Origin: Octopus sinensis
Taxonomy: Eukaryota
NCBI RefSeq assembly: GCF_006345805.1
Contig: NC_042998.1
Span: 197,966,001-198,030,000 of the forward strand
Direction of reading: 5' to 3'
Length of the DNA: 64,000 bases
Made by a program: the position numbers and the translations under genes. Positions 52,638 to 64,000 of the stretch are shown piece after piece (position 1 is the stretch's first letter; each line of letters starts with the position of its first letter). The notes under the pieces were generated by a model, which worked only from the letters and a program-made list of their open reading frames with translations, did no database searches and was not told where the DNA came from.

Positions 52638-53422
52638 TATATGTATGTTTAGTGTGTGTATGTATGTATAAATATCTATGCATTTGTTTATTAAAAAAAA
52701 TTATATATTATAGTATAACGATTATATACATATCTATTTGTTAACAAACATGTTTGAGTGTACCTGCATGTAGACACACACGACACACAAGTTTATGTGT
52801 GCATGTGTTTGTACATCTAAATACACATATACACACAAACATACACACCTAAATATACAGGTAGATATTGATAAAATTTTAGAGTAACTGGAAGAATTTC
52901 TCTTGAAAAATAATAGATATATCTGTGGACAGCTGTCTACTGGACAAGTTGCCAGCTATAGGGCTGTAACAACACAGCTCTAGTGCCATAGTTAGTTCTC
53001 TGCTGTTTGCAGGTGCCCCAGGAGAGCTGTCTGCTCTGACAGTGACAAAAAACAAAAAAAAAAACACCAAAATTGTAAGAGAAAAAGGGAAGAAGCAGTG
53101 GTATCATGGAAGAGACTGGCTTCTAGCAGATTCTGAAGATAAAACTGATAGAGAAGGAAAATAGACAGAGGAAAAGGAAGAAGTTTGGTATTTTGTTTTT
53201 TTTTTTAGTAGGGAATGGGTGGGGTGGGGTATATGCAGACTGAGAGTCTGGTAGAGGGGTAGGAGGTTGGAAAAATAACAACAACAATGAAAATGTTTAT
53301 GTTGGTGGATTTAACAACAAAAATAAAAATTCAAAAGCGCAATATACATATACATCTGTGAGTGTGTATGTGTGTATGTATGAATATCTATATGTATGGT
53401 TGTGTATATGTATGTATGTATG

Positions 53423-53462
<40 letters not shown>

Positions 53463-53707
53463 TATATGTACATATGTATATATATATACATATATATGTA
53501 TATATATATATATACACTTATACATTCATAATTGTATGTGTGTATATACACATATGTATATATATATGTATATAAAGAGATACATATGTATATACATATA
53601 TATATATACACACACACACACGTCTGTGTGTGTGTATGTATATGTATATTTTCGCCAGGTGTTGAATATTTCTAAATTGTCAGCTCATATTGGCATCAGC
53701 ATCATTG

Positions 53708-53830
53708 TTAATCACCATCCTTAACCGGAGCCACCTGATGGACAGCCGATCCATTTCCAAGTGAGTTGGTCCGAGGGAAGGTGGAGGATTCATCACTGAA
53801 AAGCGGGTTTTTCACTTCCATCTCTCCAGT
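53708..53830 (-). CDS. NPDC1: Terminal coding exon of an NPDC1/CAB-1-like membrane protein
   Basis: Polypyrimidine acceptor tttcttttatctttctctgcttacag, then TGEMEVKNPLFSDESSTFPRTNSLGNGSAVHQVAPVKDGD-stop (123 nt). TGEMEV(K/R)NPLF is the conserved NPDC1 C-terminal motif, recognised from memory. No upstream exon was found in the window. Confidence 0.8.
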   Translation of the reverse strand, partial: TGEMEVKNPLFSDESSTFPRTNSLGNGSAVHQVAPVKDGD

Positions 53831-53939
53831 CTGTAAGCAGAGAAAGATAAAAGAAAGTTAAAGAAATCATTTTACAATCAAACCGTTCACTTTCACATCA
53901 ACAACATCCATTTGAGTCATAATAACTTATTTATAAAAT

Positions 53940-54325
53940 ACTAGCAGTATCGCCCGGCGTTGCTCAGGTTTGTAAGGGAAATAACTATATAAGCATTTTT
54001 AGAGAGTTATAGCCAAAAAACAGCAAAAAAATGCATTAAAAATGGAAAAAAAGGATGGCAAATTTTTTTTTAAATCGTTGACTCATCGTAGACATTTTTA
54101 GAGAGTTACTTCCCTTATATAATAGCGGAAAAAAATGCATTAAAAATGGGAAAAAATTATGGTAAATTTTTTTTTAAATCGTAGACTCATCGTAGACGTG
54201 TGCTAATACCCAGAAGGGTTCCATATGAATCACGACTTGGTTAAACTGCACCGCAAAATGTGGGAGTAGTTAGGAATCTAAATCGTAGGAGACAGACACA
54301 CAACTTGACATTTATATATAAAGAT
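53940..54325 (+). mobile_element. Helitron/Helentron-associated element with an internal ~100-bp duplication
   Basis: Same ends as 19345; about 53995-54093 is repeated at 54094-54197. Confidence 0.6.
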
Positions 54326-54489
54326 TTATACAAATTCACAGCCAAATGGGGGTTTTCTGTACACGCTAACCATGCCAAAAAAACAGCAGCTAAATCTTGA
54401 AATTGTTCCCTACTCTACTATGATTTTAGGAATGAAGGGTACACTGAACAATATTCTAAATACATTATTTTTTTCAAAGTCTTTGACTT

Positions 54490-54840
54490 CATTCAGCCAT
54501 TTGATTGTGGCTATGCTGGAGCACTGCCTCAAAGAGTTTTAGTTGAAGAAATCAACCCCAGGACTTATTCTTTGTAAGCCTAGTACTTATTCTATCAGTC
54601 TCTTTTGCCGAACCACTAAGTTACGGGGACATAAACACACCAGTATTGATTGTCAAGTGATGGTGGAGAACAAGCACATACACACCACACACACACACAC
54701 ACACACACATGGTGGGCTTCTTTCAGTTTCCGTCTACCAAATTCACTCACAAGGCTTTGGTCAGCCCGAGGCTATAGTAAAAGATAATTGCCTAAGGTGC
54801 CACGTAGTGGGACTGAACCCAGAACCATGTGGTTGGGAAG
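54490..54840 (-). mobile_element. SINE family A (older)
   Basis: Family A similarity. Confidence 0.8.
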
Positions 54841-55494
54841 GTAAAAAATGGAAAGGTATGGTCACAGCTGGAACACTTTCAATCACAGGTCTGCTGGTGA
54901 GGGATGCCCTTGCATTAAACTTTGAGCTCGCAAAGCAAGTTGTGAATATGTAACCATGGCAAATAGTCAGGGTGGTATGGCAGAAAGCATGGTGGTGTTT
55001 GAAAACTGTAGCCTTATATAAGAATCAGAATATGTAAAACAGGAATCGTGCAGGAACCAAAATTGTAAGTGGATATTGGTACCAGAAAATGGTAAATCAA
55101 GTTTACGAGATATTTATTTTATTTCTGTATGTAAGCATATAGATATGTAAATAAACAGATCAATATACAGACGGATAGGTATATAGGCTATAAGAACAGA
55201 CAAGCACACATACACAAATGGAGACTGACACACATAACCATATATACACACACACTTTACTCCACACAAGGACACATATGGAGACACGGATCCACACATA
55301 TAAAGATGCACATCCATACATACAAACATGGTACATTGTTACATAACACACACACACACACATAGACATGCACACACAAGGAGGCAGAGGTGCATATATA
55401 TACAAACACATGCTTACACACACACATACATAGAATATACACAAACACGGACATACAAGCACATAAATATGCAGGATACGTACATACAGATGCA

Positions 55495-55930
55495 CACACA
55501 TACATACATATATATACATATGCATACACACATACATACATATATATACATATGCATACACACATACATACATATATATACATATGCATACACACATACA
55601 TACATATATATATATATACATATGCATACACACATACATACATATATATACATATGCATACACACATACATACATATATATATATACATATGCATACACA
55701 CATACATACATATATATATATACATATGCATACACACATACATACATATATATATATATACATATGCATACACACATACATACATATATATACATATGCA
55801 TACACACATACATACATATATATATATATACATATGCATACACACATACATACATATATATACATATGCATACACACATACATACATATATATATATATA
55901 CATATGCATACACACATACATACATATATA
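55495..55930. repeat. 30-36 bp minisatellite built from microsatellite blocks (catatgcatacacacatacatacat(at)n)
   Basis: About 13 regular units. Confidence 0.9.
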
Positions 55931-56764
55931 TGTATGACCAAAGTTTGAATAAACCTATGTATAATAATGTTTTTCTGTTTTAAACATACATACACACACA
56001 TATATACATACATACACATGCAAACACACACACACATACATACATGCATGCACAGGCACACACACACACAACACACAACACACACACTGACCCATACACA
56101 AGCGCACAAACAAACAAAATGGAACACAGTGTAAATAAGGGACAGTGTCAAGACTATTGAAAAGGTTGCAAGACACCAACGAACATTTTAGGACAATAAA
56201 AATAAGGAATAAGTGGAAATTTTACTGGTGAGTGTGTTACATTATAAGGCACAAAAAGAGAATGACTCTCCCCAGACACAACAGAACAGAACAAGAGAAA
56301 CTAATATACTTTATGCTATCTGTACAACTATTTTAGGAAAGTCAAAATCCATTTAAAGAAGCCATCATATTTTACAAATTGGCAGAGTTGTTAGATGGAG
56401 TATCTTTCAGTACTTATACCAGGAACCTGAATTCTGAGTTCAATTCTCATCAAGATCAATTTTGGCCCTTCCTCTTTATGGGATTAATAAAAAAGCTACC
56501 AGTCAAAGACAGTGGGCTAGTAAAACCAGCAAAGAATCAGATAGGATACCTTACAGTAATTTATTCCAAATCTTGGAATTCTGAGATCAATTTGAGTGGT
56601 AGATTTAATCTGTCACTCACTTTAATACCACCACCTGGTCCCTATATGGGCTTTTAGTAGAGTTCACTGTGTTGCGAGTATTTGGACCAGGCTTCTCTCT
56701 TTCCTTCTCACCAGTCTTGGAGGTTTGTAGAAAGTGTTGTGAGCACTGACTTCCGCGCTGACAT

Positions 56765-57090
56765 TCGATTCCCAGACCGGGCGTTGTGAGTGTTTATTGA
56801 GCGAAAACACCTAAAAAGCTCCACGAGGCTCCGGCAGGGGATGGTGGTGATCCCTGCTGTACTCTTTCACCACAACTTTCTCTCACTCTTACTTCCTGTT
56901 TCTGTTGTACCTGTATTTCAAGGGGCCGGCCTTGTCACTCTCTGTGTCATGCTGAATATCCCCGAGAACTACGTTAAGGGTGCACGTGTCTGTGGAGTGC
57001 TCAGCCACTTACACATTAATTTCACGAGCAGGCTGTTCCGTTGATTCGGATCAACCGGAACCCTCATCATCGTAACCGACGGAGTGCTTC
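56765..57090 (+). mobile_element. SINE family D (5'-truncated)
   Basis: Matches 34435-34757. Confidence 0.85.
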
Positions 57091-57134
57091 CTTCCTTCCT
57101 CCCCGATGACAAAGTGATTAAAAAAAAATTTTGC

Positions 57135-57298
57135 TTGTGGCTGTGTGGTAAGTAGCTTGCTTACCAACCACATGGTTCCGGATTCAGTCCCACTGCGTGG
57201 CATCTTGGGCAAGTGTCTTCTGCTATAGCCCCGGGCCGACCAATGCCTTGTGAGTGGATTTGGTAGATGGAAACTGAAAGAAGCTTGTCGTATATATG

Positions 57299-57337
<39 letters not shown>

Positions 57338-57560
57338 TTGTGTGTCTGTGTTTGTCCCCCTAGCATTGCTTGACAACCGATGCTGGTGTGTTTACGTCCC
57401 CGTCACTTAGCGGTTCGGCAAAAGAGACCGATAGAATAAGTACTGGGCTTACAAAGAATAAGTCCCGTGGTCGATTTGCTCGACTAAAGGCGGTGCTCCA
57501 GCATGGCTGCAGTCAAATGACTGAAACAAGTAAAAGAGTAAAAGAGTATAAAAGAGTAAC
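57135..57560 (+). mobile_element. SINE family A
   Basis: Family A similarity. Confidence 0.85.
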
Positions 57561-58256
57561 TGCAAAATTAAGAAAGTCTGCAGACTCAGAGCTGAGAGTT
57601 GAACTGCAGAATTGAAAGAAAATTGTGTCGAAAAGGAAGATTTATACAAGATCGTTTAAGGAATAAAATAGCTGCAACATAAAACTGAGGCAAGCCATGA
57701 AGGAAAAACCTAGACATCATTGTTGTTGAATCTGCTAGAAACAACAAATCACATTCCACCACTTTAGAAAAGGACACGAATATTGCGAATCTGATTTCCT
57801 TGCAAAGAGGTAAAAGGTGGTGGTGGTGGTGGTCACAGCTGGAATGTTTTTGATCATAGATCTACTTGATCATGGTTTGTCTTGGGGCTATACTCCAACA
57901 ACAGTGTTCTGAAGCAATTAAAGTAAACAACCAACTGAAAACAGCAATTGTAGATAATTGTTAGTTTTGTGAATAGAAAGTTTGTTATTTACAATGCTGT
58001 TAGCTTTATTTTCTAATATCAGGTTAGAATTATAGAGAAAGAAAGCCTGAAGGTGTCTGAAGTAATTCCTGTCAATTACATTAGAGAAAATAAATGGTCT
58101 TTTCTCTAAATTGAAGTCAATAATGATGAAACATAAGGTTTTGTTGTAGACGTTTCTCAAAAATTTTATAATCAATAAGAGATTTGGGAAAATATCTTTA
58201 AATGTCCCCTTTAGAAACACAGATGAGATTTCTTTTGTGACAGTATGCACATGTGT

Positions 58257-58303
<47 letters not shown>

Positions 58304-60799
58304 TGTGTGTATTTAGTAAAGTATTTGTGCTTGTGAAAAGAATCTTCAAACTAACCAATTTTGTTGAAACAAAAATAAATTCTGAGTCATATATATGTCA
58401 GAGCATGTTTGTGTATTACTGTGTATGGTAAAAACGTATGGTATAGTGTATGACAATGTTTGGTATAGTTATTACTAGCAGCTAAGCCCAGTTTCACCTG
58501 GTCTGTTTGGATGATGTGGCTGTGATCATTTTCTGTTGGGTATAATCTATAACAGCGTTTGTCAACCTTATCATTTCATGTCCCCTGTTTCGATTGGAGC
58601 CTCAAGCTGTGTGAAAATTTCCTGACCCCACCCTGTCAGAAAACAGCTCCTAAGCAACTGGTTGTTTTAATGGCAGAAGAAAGAGGGAAATTCCATTAGT
58701 AAAAGTTTTAATCAATTTTCTCGGTAAGTATGAGGGCTAGGAAAAAAATCCAAACTGCATTACAATCTATGTACCTGTCTCCACGTGTGTTCCATTTTTC
58801 ACACGAATCCACCCAGCCATTTGGCTGTGAACCTCAAGACAAGAAAGAATACAACGATCGCCCATGTCCAATTTATATTATTGATTAAACAATTTCCCCC
58901 CTCACTTTTACACTAATTCCTGACATTCTTCCCCTTCCCCTCTTTCCTACACATACCCCCACCACCACCATCACCACCACATTTTCCCCATGGTACTCTC
59001 TCTATTACCAACAAAATATCCTTCCATTATTCTTTAATTTCAGATCTTTCCATCTTAGAAGTTGGCTTTTTAGTGCTGACACCATGAAAAAAAGTACTAA
59101 GTACAGTTTATAAGGGGTTGATAAACTGAATCAAGCAGTGACCCTGCAAGGTTTGGATGGGCTCCTTAGTCTGGCTGAGGGTTAACCAGCCTCTAAAATG
59201 CTGATACCATGAAAAATGGTACCTCATACACTCTGTAAAGTTGTTGGTGTTCGGAAGAGCATATGTACATAGAAATTATACCAAAACTGAAACATTGGAA
59301 TATGATGTGGTCCTCCAATTGATTAGATCCTACCCAAATGTCCAATCCATGCCTGTATGGTATGGATGCAAAAATGATGATGAATTTCATACAGTGAAAT
59401 GGCAGAATTGCCAGAATATCAGTAAAAGAGCCTTGCAGTAATTGTTCCAACTCTTTACATTCCAAATTCAAAACTTACCAAAGATCAATTCTGTCTCTCA
59501 TCTCTACGCAGTTGATAAAATAAAACACCAGCAAAGCATTGGAGTTGATGCAATTGATTAATCCCTTCCTCTCCATATTGTTGGTATAATGCTTATATTA
59601 GAAACAATTGTGTATATACGTATAGCGCAGAGGAGTGGTATTGCCAGCATATTCTGTATATATCAGTGTAATGTCTATTAGTGCTCTTTTCAGTACACTG
59701 TGTGTGCGAGAAAGAGAGAGAGAGAGTGTGAGTCCTAGGCTGTTGGCGCTGCATTTGTCTAAATCAATTTTTTTAATCTTTCTTTCCCAATATTCTTATT
59801 TTCGGAGTTATTTCTGTTTTTAGACCCCCCACATTATAGTTATCTCTTTTCCAGATTTTTATAGTCGGATAGCTTCACCATTTATTTAAGGAAGATATTG
59901 TTGTCAGTTAGAACTGGTACATTGATTAAGAGACATTTGTTCTCCTGATAGTCTGTGACAACCATGTCTAGGACAATATGTCTCCTCATCTGCAATATTT
60001 GGCATATCCTAGCTTCTGCTCATTTTCTCATTCTCTGACATTTTCAGGATTATGCATGCATCATTTCTTTCTGCTGTGAGTATTTCATAATGTTGGCATA
60101 ATTCCCACTGCACAATAACGCTATCAATGCTGCATATATTTTACTCTTTTGGCTGAGACTGAGCTGCCAGAGACAATGTAAATAAATATATATTTTCTCT
60201 CCCTCCACAGATTCTGCCGTTACCTATTGTATTCTATTTCATTATTATGTTTTTAGTTCTTTTAAGAGATTTGAGTAATGAGTATTTATCAACAAGACTT
60301 CCCTGCCACGATTTGGTAAGGAAGGTCAAGTACTTTCTTTTTCTGTTTGTCTGATAGTAGTGAATGGTCTGTTGTGTAGAATGAAAATTCTTGGTGGTGT
60401 CTGAGTACACCACAGTCACCTTCATGATTTTGGGGATCAAACATCCTATGAAGCTGCTTGGGGGTCTGGTCTAGCCAGACCTCCTCAAAGATACAAAGTG
60501 GTATGAAGTTGTGTATAGGGTAGCCAGTGTCAACCACAACAGTGAGGGAAGAAGCTATATTCAAATGCCAAGTTCAAATTATACTGGGGTTAAATTTGCT
60601 TTTCATCCCTCTGTGGTTGATAGAATAATGTACCAAGGCATATGTTAGGTTCAATTGTTATCAACTAATCTTTTCCCTCAAAGACTGCTGGTCATATGTC
60701 CAAATTGGAAACTAGAATTATCATTATTTCAAAAGTAACAAAATTAGAAGAGGTTCTTATAAAATTAAAAACTGAGTATAGATATGTCACTCTACCTTC

Positions 60800-61215
60800 A
60801 TCATCATCATCATCATTGTTTAATGTCTGCTTTCCATGCTGGCATGGGTTGGACAGTTTGACTGAGGACTAGCAAGCCAGTAGGCTGCACTAGGCTCCAA
60901 TCTGATCTGGCAAGGTTTCTACAGCTGGATGCCCTTCCTAATGCCAACCACTCCAAGAGTGTAGTGGGTGCTTTTTACGTGCCACCGGTATGGTAGCCAG
61001 TCAGGGACACTGGCATCGAAGACATTCAGATGGTGCTTTTTAGGTGCCACTGGCACAGAAGCCAGTGAGGGGTCACTGACATCGACCATGTTCAGATGGT
61101 GCTTTTTACATGCTATTGGCATGGGAGTCAGTCAAGGGGCACTGGCATTGACCACATTCAGGTGGTGCTTTTTATGTGCCACTGCATGGGAGCCGGTCAG
61201 GAGACTCTGGCATAA
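60800..61215 (-). mobile_element. RTE 3' UTR fragment (family B)
   Basis: Family B similarity. Confidence 0.8.
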
Positions 61216-61919
61216 GTTCATATTCCTTTAGAGTCAGTAACCACTGTGCCAATAATGTTCAAAGGTAGACTTAATTAGCTATATATATATCCTCTCCCTA
61301 GAAATATGTGGCTTAATGCCAAAATAAAAACGACACAAAATTTTTTCCTGTTAATTTTTTTCATCAATACTCCACTATTTATTAATTTGGTACTAATTTC
61401 TTTTCATTTCTGTAATACAAAGCGGACAAAAATCTCCCTGGATAGGGCACTGATCTGTCATAGGTGAAGCTGAAAAATAACAGAAATAAAGCAAAAAAAA
61501 AAAAAAAAAATACCGATAACAGTAGGAAAACAAAATCTGAGTAAAAATTTTCATCGAAAATTTCTCTCTATGATGTTTCTGAAGAATCAATTATGGGAGA
61601 GGAATAATGTCAAGCAATGGGCTTACCAAAAATCAAAGAAACAAACACACATGCAACACACTGGCACTATACATACACAGCACATACAAATTCACATTTA
61701 AACACTATGTAGATTATACACAACACACAAAACATAACACATAGACACATAGAAATAGAAATGATAATTGGTGACAGTGCTGGCAGCGATGATGGAGATG
61801 GTACCGGTGATAGTGGTGCTGGTACTAGCAGCACAGCTGGTGGTAATAGTGGTAATGGTGCTAGTAGTAAATAAGTATAGAAATCAATGAAGATAAATTG
61901 AGGTGAGAAAAAGAGAAAA

Positions 61920-62221
61920 TGAACTTATCTATCTCTATCTACCTTATCTATCTTATCTATCTTATCTATCTATCTTATCTATCTTATCTATCTTATCTAT
62001 CTATATATCTATCTATCTTATCTATCTATCTATCTTATCTATCTATCTATCTATCTTATCTATCTCCCTACCTATCTATCTATCTACCTATATATCTACC
62101 TATCTATCTTATCTATCTATCTATCTATCTATTTATCTACCTATATATCTTATCTATCTCTCTACCTATCTATCTATCTACCTATATATCTACCTATCTA
62201 TCTATCTATCTATATATCTAC

Positions 62222-62268
<47 letters not shown>

Positions 62269-62330
62269 CCTGCCTGCCTGCCTGCCTACCTGTCTGCCTG
62301 CCTACCTACCTATCTATCTATATCTGTACT
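61920..62330. repeat. (TATC)n/(TATCT)n/(TGCC)n compound microsatellite
   Basis: Directly visible. Confidence 0.97.
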
Positions 62331-62407
62331 CATATATGCATATATATATATACACACATAGATACATACACAAACATACACATACACACATATATTATTA
62401 TCATTAT

Positions 62408-62454
<47 letters not shown>

Positions 62455-63029
62455 GGAAAGAGAGAAGGTTCGGAATGTAAAGGTAGAATGGTAAGAAAGG
62501 AGGGTGGATAACTAAAACCAAGTTTTTTTTTTTGAGTTGTCTGTCAGGTAAATTGATGTTCAGATTAAATATGTCTAAAGTGGCTCACTTATCGCTGCTA
62601 CCACCACCACTACTACTACCACTACTGTCATCACCACCACCATCACCATTAGTGCCAATATAACTACTACCACTCCTACCTCCACCCTCACCATCTCCAC
62701 TGCTATTACAGATACCATCATTGCTGCTGCTGCTGCTACTACTACTACTACTTATTACTACTATTACTGACAAGATTAATAATAAAGACACACAGCCAGA
62801 AATTAAGATGAAGAATGGAAATGAAATGATAACATTTCTATCTGCCATTGTCTTACACAACTCACAACATTGTTTCAAATCACAACACTGCCTCACATCA
62901 CAACACTGCTTCACAACACAACACTGCCCCCTCCATTTTACGACATAGTTTCACATCTCACAACTCTGACTGACACATCTCACAAATAATGTCACTCAAC
63001 TCCTAACACTTCTTTACACAACAAAATTA

Positions 63030-63480
63030 CATCATCATCATCGTTTAACGTCCGTTTTCTGTGCTAGCATGGGTTGGACGATTCAATCAGGGTCTGGGAA
63101 GCCAGGAGGCTGCATCATCATTGTTCGACCGTGGTCGAGACAATGGAATTTACCATGCTACGCCAGACTTCACGGTCCATCATGGCATTACGGAGGTCCT
63201 GTTGCTGGATGCCTGTATCCCTGGAGATTACATCAGGGTACACCTGGCTCCAGTCTGATCTGGCAGTGTTTCTACAGCTGGATGCCCTTCCTAACGCCAA
63301 CCACTCTCTAAGTGTAGTGGGTGCTTTTTACGTGCCACCGGCACAGGTGCCAGGGGTGGCTGGTAGCGGCCACGATCGGTTGGTGCTTTTTACGTGCCAC
63401 TGGCACAGAAGCCAGTCAAGGCGGCGCTGGCATCGGCCATGTTCGGATGGTGCTTTTTACATGCCACCGGCACAGTACAT
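63030..63480 (-). mobile_element. RTE 3' UTR copy with a nested 3' end of a second RTE family (about 63112-63240)
   Basis: The insert encodes YPDVISRDTGIQQQDLRNAMMDREVWRSMVNSIVSTTVEQ-stop with a (GAT) tail. Confidence 0.75.
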
Positions 63481-63674
63481 TTTAATACTACCCTATGCAT
63501 CATGACTGTTCTACAAATCTCACATTACTTTACATAAATATTGCCACAGAAAAAGAAACAACACTAGCATACATACCAACATTGCCTTATACAGCTTACA
63601 ACACTACCTCACATCCCAGATTTCCTCCCATGTTACCAAAAATTTAACACAAGAACTGTTCTTATAATATTAAT

Positions 63675-63933
63675 GATAATAATAATAATGAAATTATTGT
63701 ATACAGTGCTCAGGTGCACCACAACTTGTCAAAAGTGCGTATAAAGTATATGCAGTAATGTACAAATGTCTGGGAGGTGAACAGTGTATGAGTTGGATAC
63801 ATGCTTGCGTGTGTATGGAGGGGAGAAAATCAGGTGTAGTGTTGGCGAATCTCAGGAAGCATGGAAGTTTTGAAGGATGCAGTGCTCCAACAACTAACAA
63901 CTGATGCTGGCAGTTTGTTCCATGCTTCAGCAA
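63675..63933 (-). mobile_element. CR1/L2 LINE extreme 3' end
   Basis: Near-identical to 12100-12360. Confidence 0.85.
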
Positions 63934-64000
63934 AATGAGATACTGTATTTTCTAGCATGCAAGTTGATGTAATATGTAGTGTAAGCATTCAAACATTGTC

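Noticed and set aside
58770-58835. Possible small minus-strand exon (VHSQMAGWIRVKNGTHVET)
   Set aside because: Does not match the expected NPDC1 penultimate exon; weak splice signals.

Overview
Repeat-dense eukaryotic DNA, most likely from an octopus or related cephalopod. This is inferred from the AT-richness, the (CATA)n, (TA)n and (GAT)n microsatellites, and the tRNA-SINE and RTE repertoire; no database search was run. Only one host coding exon is recognisable: the terminal exon of an NPDC1/CAB-1-like gene on the minus strand (53708-53830). The rest is a mosaic of several tRNA-derived SINE families, many 5'-truncated RTE 3' ends, and CR1/L2, L1/Tx1, maT, mariner, pogo, piggyBac and Helitron-like remnants. 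Most long ORFs in the track are microsatellite artefacts. Four signals stand out. (1) About ten type I hammerhead-ribozyme-like motifs from at least five sequence families, mostly next to microsatellites. They look like Penelope-like element (PLE) terminal repeats, and two sit in fold-back structures. (2) A tandemly repeated compact pseudoknot-like motif in the RTE 3' UTR. (3) A SINE family that repeatedly inserts at a GGTAYT motif, often inside its own copies. (4) Head/tail module swapping among SINEs. Repeat boundaries were read by eye and are approximate unless TSDs or TIRs are quoted.
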